Positions 23,356 through 34,199 of a stretch of DNA of 64,000 bases are shown here, one piece after another (positions within the stretch are counted from its first letter, which is position 1; the number at the start of each line of letters is the position of its first letter). The notes below the pieces were generated by a model. It saw only the letters and a program-made list of their open reading frames with translations, was not told the DNA's origin and did not search any database. Source of the DNA: Mobula hypostoma (taxonomy: Eukaryota); contig NC_086097.1 of assembly GCF_963921235.1 (NCBI RefSeq), positions 2,666,001 through 2,730,000 of the forward strand. The letters are read 5' to 3'. The position numbers and the translations under genes were made by a program.

Positions 23356-24954
23356 TATTTCCATAGTTGACTGAAACATCCTAGTCATTTAACCATAATC
23401 TTCCCATTTCCAAGATACCATAAATTCCGGTGAATACGCCGAGAATCTGGCCCTAAATTTTGGTCCTAAAATAGGGGGTTGGCTTATACAGAGGGTGCCA
23501 ACTCTGTAAAAACGAATACATGGAAGACAGGTCGTATTTATTGGCTGTTTTTAAGTCAAATACAAAAGAAAGTACAAACGCATATGAAATCTACACAAAA
23601 GAAAAGATCTACAAAATACATTGTTTCTCAATTTACTTGCACACACTGTTGTCGTCAAACGTTCAGAGATTGAAACTCTCACACTCTTCATTATCTGACT
23701 CTCCGAAAATCGCGTCCCATTCTTCAGCAGTCACCATATCATCGTAAGGATTGTTAATTTCTGCTTCGACATCGTCATTTGCAGCTTTACTGGCTGCCAA
23801 ATCTCCATTGTCTTCTTCCCAAAGCAAGTGATCTTCAGTGCCATCCAAAGCATTGCCGATGCTGCACTTCCTGAAGGCCTTCACAAAGCACTCAGCGTTC
23901 ATTTCCTCCCACGACTGCGCTACCCACTCGCAAACTGTAGCTAGAGATGCGGCCCTCGTATTTCCCACTGGAGTGAATGACGGATTTCCAGGCATCATCC
24001 ATTCGTCCCACTGTCGAAGCATGAACTCTTTGAATGGTTTGTTTAAACTCACATCTAGTGGCTGGAGCATAGACGCCAAACCGCCGGGGATGATGCAATG
24101 TCCGTATTTTCAGCTTTCAGTGTTGTTTTTGTCTCACCTGACAAGTGTACTTTGAACGTGTCCCAGACAAGTAGCGACTTTTCCTTCCTGAAACCTTCTG
24201 GACGTTGACGCCACACCTCTTTAACCCACTTCAAGCAACCCGCTTCGTCCATCCAGCTGCGTTCTTGAACGTAAACAACAACACCCCGTGGGAATTTTTC
24301 TTTCTTTGGGAATGTTTTCCTCTTAAAAATCAGCATCGGTGGTAGTTTGGTCCCATCAGCCATACACGTTAACACAACAGTAAAATGTTGCTTCTCAAGT
24401 CCAGTTGGTTTGACAAGGACTGTTTTCTCCTCCTTCTGATTGACAGTGCGGTTGCCGGCAAAATCAAAGAACATTGGTGTCTCGTCCATGTTACCAATCA
24501 GTGAGAGCAGGTAAGAATGTGCCTTTCTATGCTTGATTACAAATGATTGGAAGGCCATAATCTTATTCTCAAAGTCGCTTAGCAACTTCTGAGCAATCTT
24601 TGTTTTTTGTCTCAACACAAGATCACGTCTATTCACAAATCGGGTGCACCAACTTCACGTAGCTTTGAAATTTTCGCTGACCTCACGGTGCTTTTCGGCC
24701 CATTTCAACTCTTGATCTCGAATCTTCTCTGGTAGCAACGTATCCAGACGGTCGCTGGTGATTCACCCACTCTAAAACTTTTTCTTCCAGTTCTGGCCAC
24801 TGGCATGTTTTCCTGCAGTTTGCACATTTCGTCTTTGGCATTTCCCTCAGCGTGTCATAGAAACATAGAAACATAGAAAATAGGTGCAGGAGTAGGCCAT
24901 TTGGCCCTTCGAGCCTGCACCGCCATTTATTATGATCATGGCTGATCATCCAAC

Positions 24955-27900
24955 TCAGAACCCAGCCTTCCCTCCATACCCCCTGACCCCTGTAGCCACA
25001 AGGGCCATATCTAACTTCCTTTTAAACATAGCTAATGAACTGGCCTCAACAGTTTGCTGTGGCAGAGAATTCCACAGATTCACCACTCTCTGTGTGAAGA
25101 AGTTTTTCCTAATCTCGGTCCTAAAAGGCTTCCCCTCTATCCTCAAACTATGACCCCTCGTTCTGGACCTCCCCAACATCGGGAACAATCTTCCCACATC
25201 TAGCCTGTCCAATCCCTTTAGGATCTTATACGTTTCAATCAGATCCCCCCTCAATCTTCTAAATTCCAACGAGTACAAGCCCAGTTCATCCAGTCTTTCT
25301 TCATATGAAAGACCTGCCATCCCAGGAATCAATCTGGTGAACCTTCTTTGTACTCCCTCTATGGCAAAGATGTCTTTCCTCAGATTAGGGGACCAAAACT
25401 GCACACAATACTCCAGGTGTGGTCTCACCAAGGCCTTGTACAACTGCAGTAGTACCTCCCTGCTCCTGTACTCGAATCCTCTCGCTATAAATGCCAGCAT
25501 ACCGTTCGCCTTTTTCACCGCCTGCTGTACCTGCATGCCCACTTTCAATGACTGGTGTATAATGACACCCAGGTCTCGTTGCACCTCCCCTTTTCCTAAT
25601 CGGCCACCATTCAGATAATAATCTGTTTTCCTATTTTTGCCACCAAAGTGGATAACTTCACATTTATCCACATTAAATTGCATCTGCCATGAGTTTGCCC
25701 ACTCACCCAACCTATCCAAGTCACCCTGCATCCTCTTAGCATCCTCCTCACTGCTAACACTGCCACCCAGCTTCGTGTCATCCGCAAACTTGGAGATGCT
25801 GCATTTAATTCCCTCATCCAAGTCATTAATATATATTGTAAACAACTGGGGTCCCAGCACTGAGCCTTGCGGTACCCCACTAGTCACCGCCTGCCATTCT
25901 GAAAAGGTCCCGTTTATTCCCACTCTTTGCTTCCTGTCTGCTAACCAATTCTCCACCCACACCAATACCTTACCCCCAATACCGTGTGCTTTAAGTTTGC
26001 ACACTAATCTCCTGTGTGGGACCTTGTCAAAAGCCTTTTGAAAATCCAAATATACCACATCCACTGGTTCTCCCCTATCCACTCTACTAGTTACATCCTC
26101 AAAAAAATTCTATGAGATTCGTCAGACATGATTTTCCTTTCACAAATCCATGCTGACTTTGTCCGATCATTTCACCGCTTTCCAAATGTGCTGTTATCAC
26201 ATCCTTGATAACTGACTCCAGCAGTTTCCCCACCACCGACGTTAGGCTAACCGGCCTATAATTCCCCGGTTTCTCTCTCCCTCCTTTTTTAAAAATTGAG
26301 GTTACATTAGCCACCCTCCAATCCTCAGGAACTAGTCCAGAATCTAACGAGTTTTGAAAAATTATCACTAATGCATCCACTATTTCTTGGGCTACTTCCT
26401 TAAGCACTCTGGGATGCAGACCATCTGGCCCTGGGGATTTATCTGCCTTCAATCCCTTCAATTTACCTAACACCACTTCCCTACTAACATGTATTTCACT
26501 CAGTTCCTCCATCTCACTGGACCCTCTGTCCCTTACTATTTCTGGAAGATTATTTATGTCCTCCTTAGTGAAGACAGAACCAAAGTAATTATTCAATTGG
26601 TCTGCCATGTCCTTGCTCCCCATAATCAATTCACCTGTTTCTGTCTGCAGGGGACCTACATTTGTCTTTACCAGTCTTTTCCTTTTTACATATCTATAAA
26701 AGCTTTTACAGTCAGTTTTTTTGTTCCCTGCCAGTTTTCTCTCATAATCTTGTTTCCCCTTCCTAATTAAGCCCTTTGTCCTCCTCTGCTGAACTCTGAA
26801 TTCCTCCCAGTCCTCAGGTGAGCCACTTTCTCTGGCTAATTTGTATGCTACTTCTTTGGAATTGATACTATCCCTAATTTCTCTTGTCAGCCACGGGTGC
26901 ACTACCTTCCTTGATTTATTCTTTTGCCAAACTGGGATGAACAATTGTTGTAGTTCATCCATGCAACCTTTAAATGCCTGCCATTGCATATCCACCGTCA
27001 ATCCTTTAAGTGTCATTTGCCAGTCTATCTTAGCTAATTCACGACTCATACCTTCAAAGTTACCCCTCTTTAAGTTCAGAACCTTTGTTTCTGAATTAAC
27101 TATGTCACTCTCCATGTTAATGAAGAATTCCACCATATTATGGTCACTCTTACCCAAGGGGCCTCTCACGACAAGATTGCTAATTAACCCTTCCTCATTG
27201 CTCAAAACCCAGTCCAGAATAGCCTGCTCTCCAGTCGGTTCCTCGACATGTTGGTTCAAAAAACCATCCCGCATACATTCCAAGAAATCCTCTTCCTCAG
27301 CACCTTTACCAATTTGGTTCACCCAATCTACATGTAGATTGAAGTCACCCATTATAACTGCTGTTCCTTTATTGCACACATTTCTAATTTCCTGTTTAAT
27401 ACCATCTCCGACTTCACTACTACTGTTAGGTGGCCTGTACACAACTCCCACCAGCGTCTTCTGCCCCTTAGTGTTACGCAGCTCTACCCATATCGATTCC
27501 ACATCTTCCCGGCTTATGTCCTTCCTTTCTATTGCGTTAATCTCTTTTTTAACCAGCAACGCCACCCCACCTCCCCTTCCTTCATGTCTATCCCTCCTGA
27601 ATATTGAATATCCCTGAACGTTGAGCTCCCATCCCTGGTCACCCTGGAGCCATGTCTCTGTGATCCCAACTATATCATAATCATTAATAACAATCTGCAC
27701 TTTCAATTCATCCACCTTATTACGAATGCTCCTTGCATTGACACATAAAGCCTTCAGGCGCTCTTTTACAACTCTCTTAGCCCTTTTTAATGCTTGCCCT
27801 GGATTTGTCGGCCTGCCACTTTTACTTTTCCCCTTTGTACTTTTTGCTTCTACGCTCACTTTACACCCCTCTGTCTCTCTGCACTGGTTCCCATCCCTCT

Positions 27901-27970
27901 GTTGTGAACTAACCTCCTCACACCTAGCCTCTTTAATTTGATTCCCACCCCCCAACCATTCTAGTTTAAA
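24955..27970 (-). pseudogene. CR1 ORF2 (APE endonuclease plus reverse transcriptase), one +1 frameshift
   Basis: NARSIRNK, GITETW, VIMGDFN, SDH, NYRPVSLTSV, YLDFQKAFDKVPH, GVPQGSVLGP, KFADD. The only lesion seen is a T7 run at 26101-26107. Confidence 0.93.
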
Positions 27971-28802
27971 GTCACCTCAGTAGCCCCTGCTAATCTCCCT
28001 GCCAGGATATTGGTCCCCCTAGGATTTAAGTGTAACCCGTCCTTTTTGTACAGGTCACGCCTGCACCAATAGAGGTCCCAATGATCCAAAAACTTGAATC
28101 CCTGCCCCCTGCTCCAATCCCTCAGCCACGCATTTATCCTCCACCTCATCGCATTCCTACTCTCACTGTCGCGTGGCACAGGCAGTAATCCTGAGATTAC
28201 TACCTTTGCGGTCCTTTTTCTCAACTCCCTTCCTAGCTCCCTACATTCTTCTTTCAGGACCTCATCCCTTTTCCTACCTATGTCATTGGTACCTATATGT
28301 ACCAGGACCTCTGGCTCTTCACCCTCCCACTTCAGGATATCTTGGACACGATCAGAAATATCCCGGACCCTGGCACCAGGGAGGCAAACTACCATCCGAG
28401 TCTCTGGACTGCGTCCACAGAATCGCCTATCTGACCCCCTTACTATCTTTCTTTTTAAATCTTTTTATTGAGTAAGTATACAAAAAAGGTAAGCCATATA
28501 AACATTAATACAATGTTAAAGTATAATAAAATTCCAAAAGATAACAATACCAAAAAGAAAATACTACAAACAATGTAATTTAAGCATAAGAAACCAAGAT
28601 AACATAATAGTATACTACATTTTATATATATCAATGGAAAAAAAAGAAAAAAAAACCCCCCAAAAAAAAACCCACCGTGCAACTAACTAAAAGCAAAGCA
28701 AAGCAATGAGCTAACTTGAAACCAAACAGAGTTAAACTTAAAATCACGTCCTCAATCCCGACCTCCATTAAAAACAGTGAAAAAAAACAAGAAGGGTAAA
28801 TA

Positions 28803-31800
28803 TTACATTAAATGAAAATATCGAATAAAAGGTCCCCAAATCTGTTCAAATTTAAATGAAGAATCATAAAGGTTACTTCTAATTTTCTCCAAATTCAAAC
28901 ATAAAATCGTCTGAGAAAACCAAAAAAAGGTAGTTGGAGCATTAAGCTCTTTCCAATGTTGTAAAATACATCTTTTCGCCATTAAAGTAAGAAATGCAAT
29001 CATTCTACGGGCTGAAGGGGAAAGATTACTAGAAATTTTAGGTAGTCCAAAGATAGCAGTAATAGGGTGAGGAGAGATATCTATATTTAATACCTTAGAA
29101 ATAATATTGAAAATATCTCTCCAAAAAGTTTCCAAAGTAGGGCAAGACCAAAACATATGAGTTAAAGAGGCTATCTGCCCCGAACATCTATCACAGAAAG
29201 GATTAATATGCGAGTAAAAACGCGCTAACTTATCTTTGGACATATGTGCTCTATGAACCACTTTAAATTGAATTAGGGAATGTTTAGCACAAATAGAGGA
29301 AGTATTAACTAATTGTAAAATCTGCCCCCAATCATCCACAGAAATGGTAAGCCCCAATTCCTGTTCCCAATCTACCCTAATCTTATCAAATGGAGCTTTC
29401 CTAAGTTTCATAATAATATTATAAATCATAGCCGATGCACCGTTCTGACATGGATTAAGGTTAATTATCGAATCTAAAATATATGTAGGAGGAAGCATTG
29501 GAAAGGAAGAAAGTATAGTACTTAGGAAATTTCTAACTTGTAAATATCTAAAAAAATGTATTCTTGATAAGTTATATTTATTAGATAATTGTTCAAAAGA
29601 CATAAGGGAACCATCTAAAAATAAATCCAAAAACTGTAAAATACCCTTAGTCTTCCAAGTTTGAAAAGCACGATCCGTAAAAGAGGGAGGAAAAAATATG
29701 TTACCTAAAATAGGAATCGCTAACCCGAATTGATTAAGATCAAAAAATTTTCTGAATTGAAACCAAATGCGCAAAGCATATTTAACTATCGGGTTAGAGA
29801 CCTGCTTAAGACGTTTCGAATCAAAAGGAAGAGAGGAGCCTAAAATAGAACCAAGTGTATAACCCTGAACAGATTGTAATTCCAATGCTACCCATTTAGG
29901 AATAGATAGTATGTCCTGGTCAAGTAACCAAAATTTCATATGACGAATATTAATAGCCCAATAATAAAATCTAAAATTAGGTAATGCTAAACCTCCATCT
30001 CTCTTAGCTTTCTGTAAATGTATTTTACCCAGTCTCGGATTCTTATTCTGCCAAATAAATGAAGAAATTTTAGAGTCAACTTTATCAAAAAAAGATTTAG
30101 GAACGAAAATTGGTAATGCCTGAAACACATATAAAAATTTTGGCAAAAAAAACATCTTAACTGCATTAATACGACCAATCAAAGTTAAATATAAGGGAAA
30201 CCATTTAGATGAAAGTTGAGTAATATGGTCTATTAATGGTAAAAAGTTAGTCTTAAATAAATCTTTGTGTTTACAAGTAATTTTAATCCCAAGATATGAA
30301 AAGTAATTATTAATCAATTTAAATGGAAATTTATAATATAAGGGAAGATGTTTATTAATCGGAAAAAGTTCACTCTTACTAAGATTTAATTTATAACCTG
30401 AGAAAAGACCAAATTGTGCTAATAACTCTAAAACAGCAGAAATGGATCTCTCAGGATTAGAAATATATAAAAGTAAATCATCAGCATAGAGTGATAATTT
30501 ATGGGACTTTAATCCCCGAGTTATCCCAGTAATATTTGAAGATTCTCGAATAGCAATTGCAAGAGGTTCTAATGCAATATCAAATAATAGGGGACTAAGA
30601 GGACAGCCTTGTCGAGTACCACGAAAGAGAGGAAAAAAAGGTGAGTTTAAAGAGTTAGTACGAACCGAGGCCACAGGGGAGTGATATAACAGTTTAATCC
30701 AGGATATAAATTTCAAGCTAAAATTAAACATTTCAAGCACCTTAAATAAATAAGGCCATTCTACTCTATCAAAAGCTTTCTCGGCATCTAAAGAAATAAC
30801 ACACTCAGGAACATTTTGTGAGGGAGTATAAACGATATTTAACAATGTACGAATATTATAAAAAGAGTAACGACCTTTAATAAAACCCGTTTGGTCTTCC
30901 GAAATAATAGAAGGAAGTACTTTTTCTAGTCTATTTGCTAATAACTTAGAAAAAACTTTAGAGTCAACATGTAATAAAGATATTGGTCTATAAGATGCAC
31001 ATTGAGCAGGGTCTTTATCCTTCTTTAGTATTAGAGAAATTGATGCTCTATTAAAAGATTCAGGAAGTTTACCAAGTTTCAAAGAAGCCTCAAAAACCTT
31101 ACAGAGCTAAGGAATCAATAAAGAAGCAAAACATTTATAAAATTCAACGGTAAACCCATCAGGGCCAGGAGCTTTCCCCAGATTCATAGAAAAAATAACA
31201 TTCTTAATCTCATCCATTGTAATGGAAGTATCTAATAAAGAAGACATATCCTGTGAAATCTGAGGGAAGTCTAACTTATCTAAAAAATCATTCATATATT
31301 TAGAATCTCGAGGAGACTCTGATTGATATAAAGAAGAATAAAAATCACAAAAGGTTTGATTAATCCCCACATGATCCAATATCAATCGATCATTTTGGTT
31401 ATAAATCTGATTGATTTGAGATTTAACATAATTAGATTTCAATTGATTAGCCAGCAGCTTGCCAATTTTGTCACTGTGAACATAAAAGTCACTTCTTGTT
31501 TTCTTTAATTGGTTTACAATCGAGGACGAGAGTAGTAAACTGTGTTCCATTTGAAGTTCAGTTCTTTGTTTGTATAACTCCTCAGAAGGAGCCATAACAT
31601 ATTTCTTATCAATTTCTTTAATCTTGTCCACAATTGCCATCTCCTCCTGCTTCTGTTTCTTCCTCAAAGCAACGGAATACGAAATAATCTGACCCCGAAT
31701 ATAGGCTTTAAAAGTGTCCCAAAGAGTGTTAACCGAAATATCTTCTGTATGGTTAATTGTAAAAAAAAGCTCAATCTGTTCATTCATAAAATTAACAAAG

Positions 31801-32579
31801 TCCGAGTCCTGAAGCAACAGCGAATTAAAACGCCATTGTCTATTATTTGGTATATTGGCCATAATTTTAATAGAAAGCTTAAGTGGATCATGATCCGAAA
31901 TGGTTATAGAATCATAATCACATTTAATCACTGAAGGAATGAGACAAGAATCAATGAAAAAATAATCAATTCTTGAATAGGAATGATGAACATGTGAAAA
32001 GAAGGAAAAATCTTTTTCCTGAGGATGCAGAAAACGCCAAATGTCCGTCGACCCAGAATCAGAAAGGAAAAAATTAATCAGATTTGCAGATTTATTAGGT
32101 AAAGTCCGTAAAGGAGCCGAACGGTCCAAAGCTGGAGACAAACAGGTATTAAGATCTCCGCCCCAAATCAATGAAAACTCGTTCAAATTTGGAAACTGAT
32201 CAAACAATGATTTATAAAATTCCGGACAATCCATATTAGGAGCATAAACATTAACCAAAACTACTTTTTTTTTAAATAGTAAACCACTAACCAATAAAAA
32301 TCTACCATTCGGATCAGAGATAATATCCTGTTGTGTAAAAGTAACTGAGGAATCTATAAAAATAGAGACGCCTCGAATCTTAGCATTGGAGTTCGAATGA
32401 AATTGTTGGCCCTTCCAGAATTTGAAAAAACGTAGTCTGTCCCCCCTCCGTACATGGGTCTCTTGTAAAAATAAAATTTGTGCTTTAAGTCTCCGGAACA
32501 CTTTAAAAACTTTTTTTCTTTTAATAGGATGATTAAGACCATTAGTATTCCAGGAGACAAAATTAATAATAGACTCCAT
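28803..32579 (-). pseudogene. L1 ORF2p (APE, RT, CCHC), about 1258 codons with one in-frame TAG
   Basis: SWNTNGL, LQETH, SRIDY, SDH, KAPGPDGF, YRPISLL, LDAEKAFDRV, GTRQGCPLSP, LYADD, CDRC..LTHMFWSC. The two track ORFs share a frame and are separated only by TAG at 31109-31107. Confidence 0.95.
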
Positions 32580-33299
32580 AAATCCTAAAGTCAACCCACA
32601 ACAAGGAGGATTGACGATAGGCGCGACCCACAAACCCGGAGAGGAAACAGAACATACAAAAGATACCGGGGAAAAGGACGCAACCAGTACTTCAATAATG
32701 TATATAGCCCAAAGAAAAACAAACTAAAAGGTGAAGCCCCTCCCACCACCCGCCGCCCCAAGACCCCAAGGCAAAATCTAAAGCAGACCCGCCAGAAAGA
32801 AGCAAGCGCTAAAACTACCCCCATGACTTCCGGTATACGCTCCCTAAAAAAAAGGTATAAATATGAAAAAGATCAGCTAGTTGTAAAACAGTAAAAAAGT
32901 AAGTAAAAAAAAAAGTTAGCTCAATTAAAATACACACAGAACAGAACAAAAGCCGGAAATATATTAAAAAAAACCACAATAAACCTCAAACCCATGAATA
33001 GACACAGCAACAAGAAAAAATAGGATTATTAACATAAAGTGGTTATAAAAAGCAAAACAGAATAAAATTTAAAAAAAAACTACAAAATTTAAGGCCACAC
33101 AGGAAATACGCAAGATGACAAAAGGGAAGTAACCACCCAGAATCCCCTGGGAAAAGAAAGAAATGACGCAGTTAAGAAGAAAGTTTAGCAACCATATTAA
33201 GAAATCAAAAATAAACTTTTCTGCCCAGATAGGGCACGAAAAAGTTAAAACCAACCAATTCACAGCCTCCAATCAACGGAGATAATTAAAAAAAGGCAA

Positions 33300-34199
33300 T
33301 TAAGATGTTGAAGATGAAAGTTGATCCAGATAACTCTGGGCATCCGATGGAGAATCAAAAAAACGAAGGGCTCCATCTAACATGCGAATCCTTAGACGTG
33401 CAGGGTACAGCAGCGCTGGTCTTAAATCCATCTTATAGAATTCCGACATCACGGATCTGTAACGAACCCGTTGGTCCCAGATTGGTTTACTGAAATCTTC
33501 CACGAATCGGAACTTAAGATCCGAAAAATCAATGAAACCTTTAGATCGAGCGAATCGAAACAGTCTCTCCTTGTCTTGAAAATAATGAAAACGTAAAATA
33601 ACATGTCCAGGTCTATCTGACCTAGACGAGTATGATGGGATTCTGTGAACACGATCCAGAAGCGGTGGTTGGTCAGGAAATACAGTAGGGAATGCATCTT
33701 TTAAAAGTTGAGAAAAATATTTCATGGGGTTGTTGGATTCAACAGCTTCCCTCACCCCGATCATTCGTAAATTCTGCCGTCGCATTCTAGATTCCAAGTC
33801 AGAGTTTTTAAAAGTCAAAAAGTCAAGTTTCTTCTTCATTACATTAATTGTTTCTTCGATTTTCCCCATCTTAAGCTCACTTTGTTGCGCGAATTTTTGA
33901 AGATCAGATATAGCCGACTGATGTTCCGCAATAAATGTTTGCATCTTATCCATTGAATCGGCAATTTTCTGGAGATTAGTTGAGATTTCCGTATGAATCA
34001 GGTCTTTAACAGAGCCTGCAATTTCCGTACGAATCATCTCCCTAACAGAGGTTGAAATTTCCCTCTGAATTAACTCCGATATCGCTTTCAAAGTCACCGG
34101 TGATTCAGTCGGGGGGAAATCCGTAGCTTTCGGTTTAACCGGAGGTTTACCATCCTTGCCGTTTTTCCCGTTCTTAGACATAGCAGATCTAAGTATCAT
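33300..34199 (-). CDS. L1 ORF1p (coiled coil, RRM, CTD), intact, 299 aa
   Basis: DLESRMRRQNLRMIGVRE, LDRVHR, VILRFH, EDFS, LLYPARLRI are typical L1 ORF1 motifs. Confidence 0.92.
   Translation of the reverse strand: MILRSAMSKNGKNGKDGKPPVKPKATDFPPTESPVTLKAISELIQREISTSVREMIRTEIAGSVKDLIHTEISTNLQKIADSMDKMQTFIAEHQSAISDLQKFAQQSELKMGKIEETINVMKKKLDFLTFKNSDLESRMRRQNLRMIGVREAVESNNPMKYFSQLLKDAFPTVFPDQPPLLDRVHRIPSYSSRSDRPGHVILRFHYFQDKERLFRFARSKGFIDFSDLKFRFVEDFSKPIWDQRVRYRSVMSEFYKMDLRPALLYPARLRIRMLDGALRFFDSPSDAQSYLDQLSSSTS

Noticed and set aside
23663..24636. Domesticated POGK/TIGD host gene
   Set aside because: TIRs are present and the ORF has a stop, frameshifts and a 10 kb insertion, so it is a dead transposon.
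26841..27617. 258 aa plus-strand ORF and similar shadow ORFs
   Set aside because: Antisense shadows of CR1 or Rex1 coding sequence.
31107..31109. Programmed readthrough of the L1 ORF2 TAG
   Set aside because: A single substitution from TGG, CAG or TTG is simpler, and there is no second copy here to show conservation.
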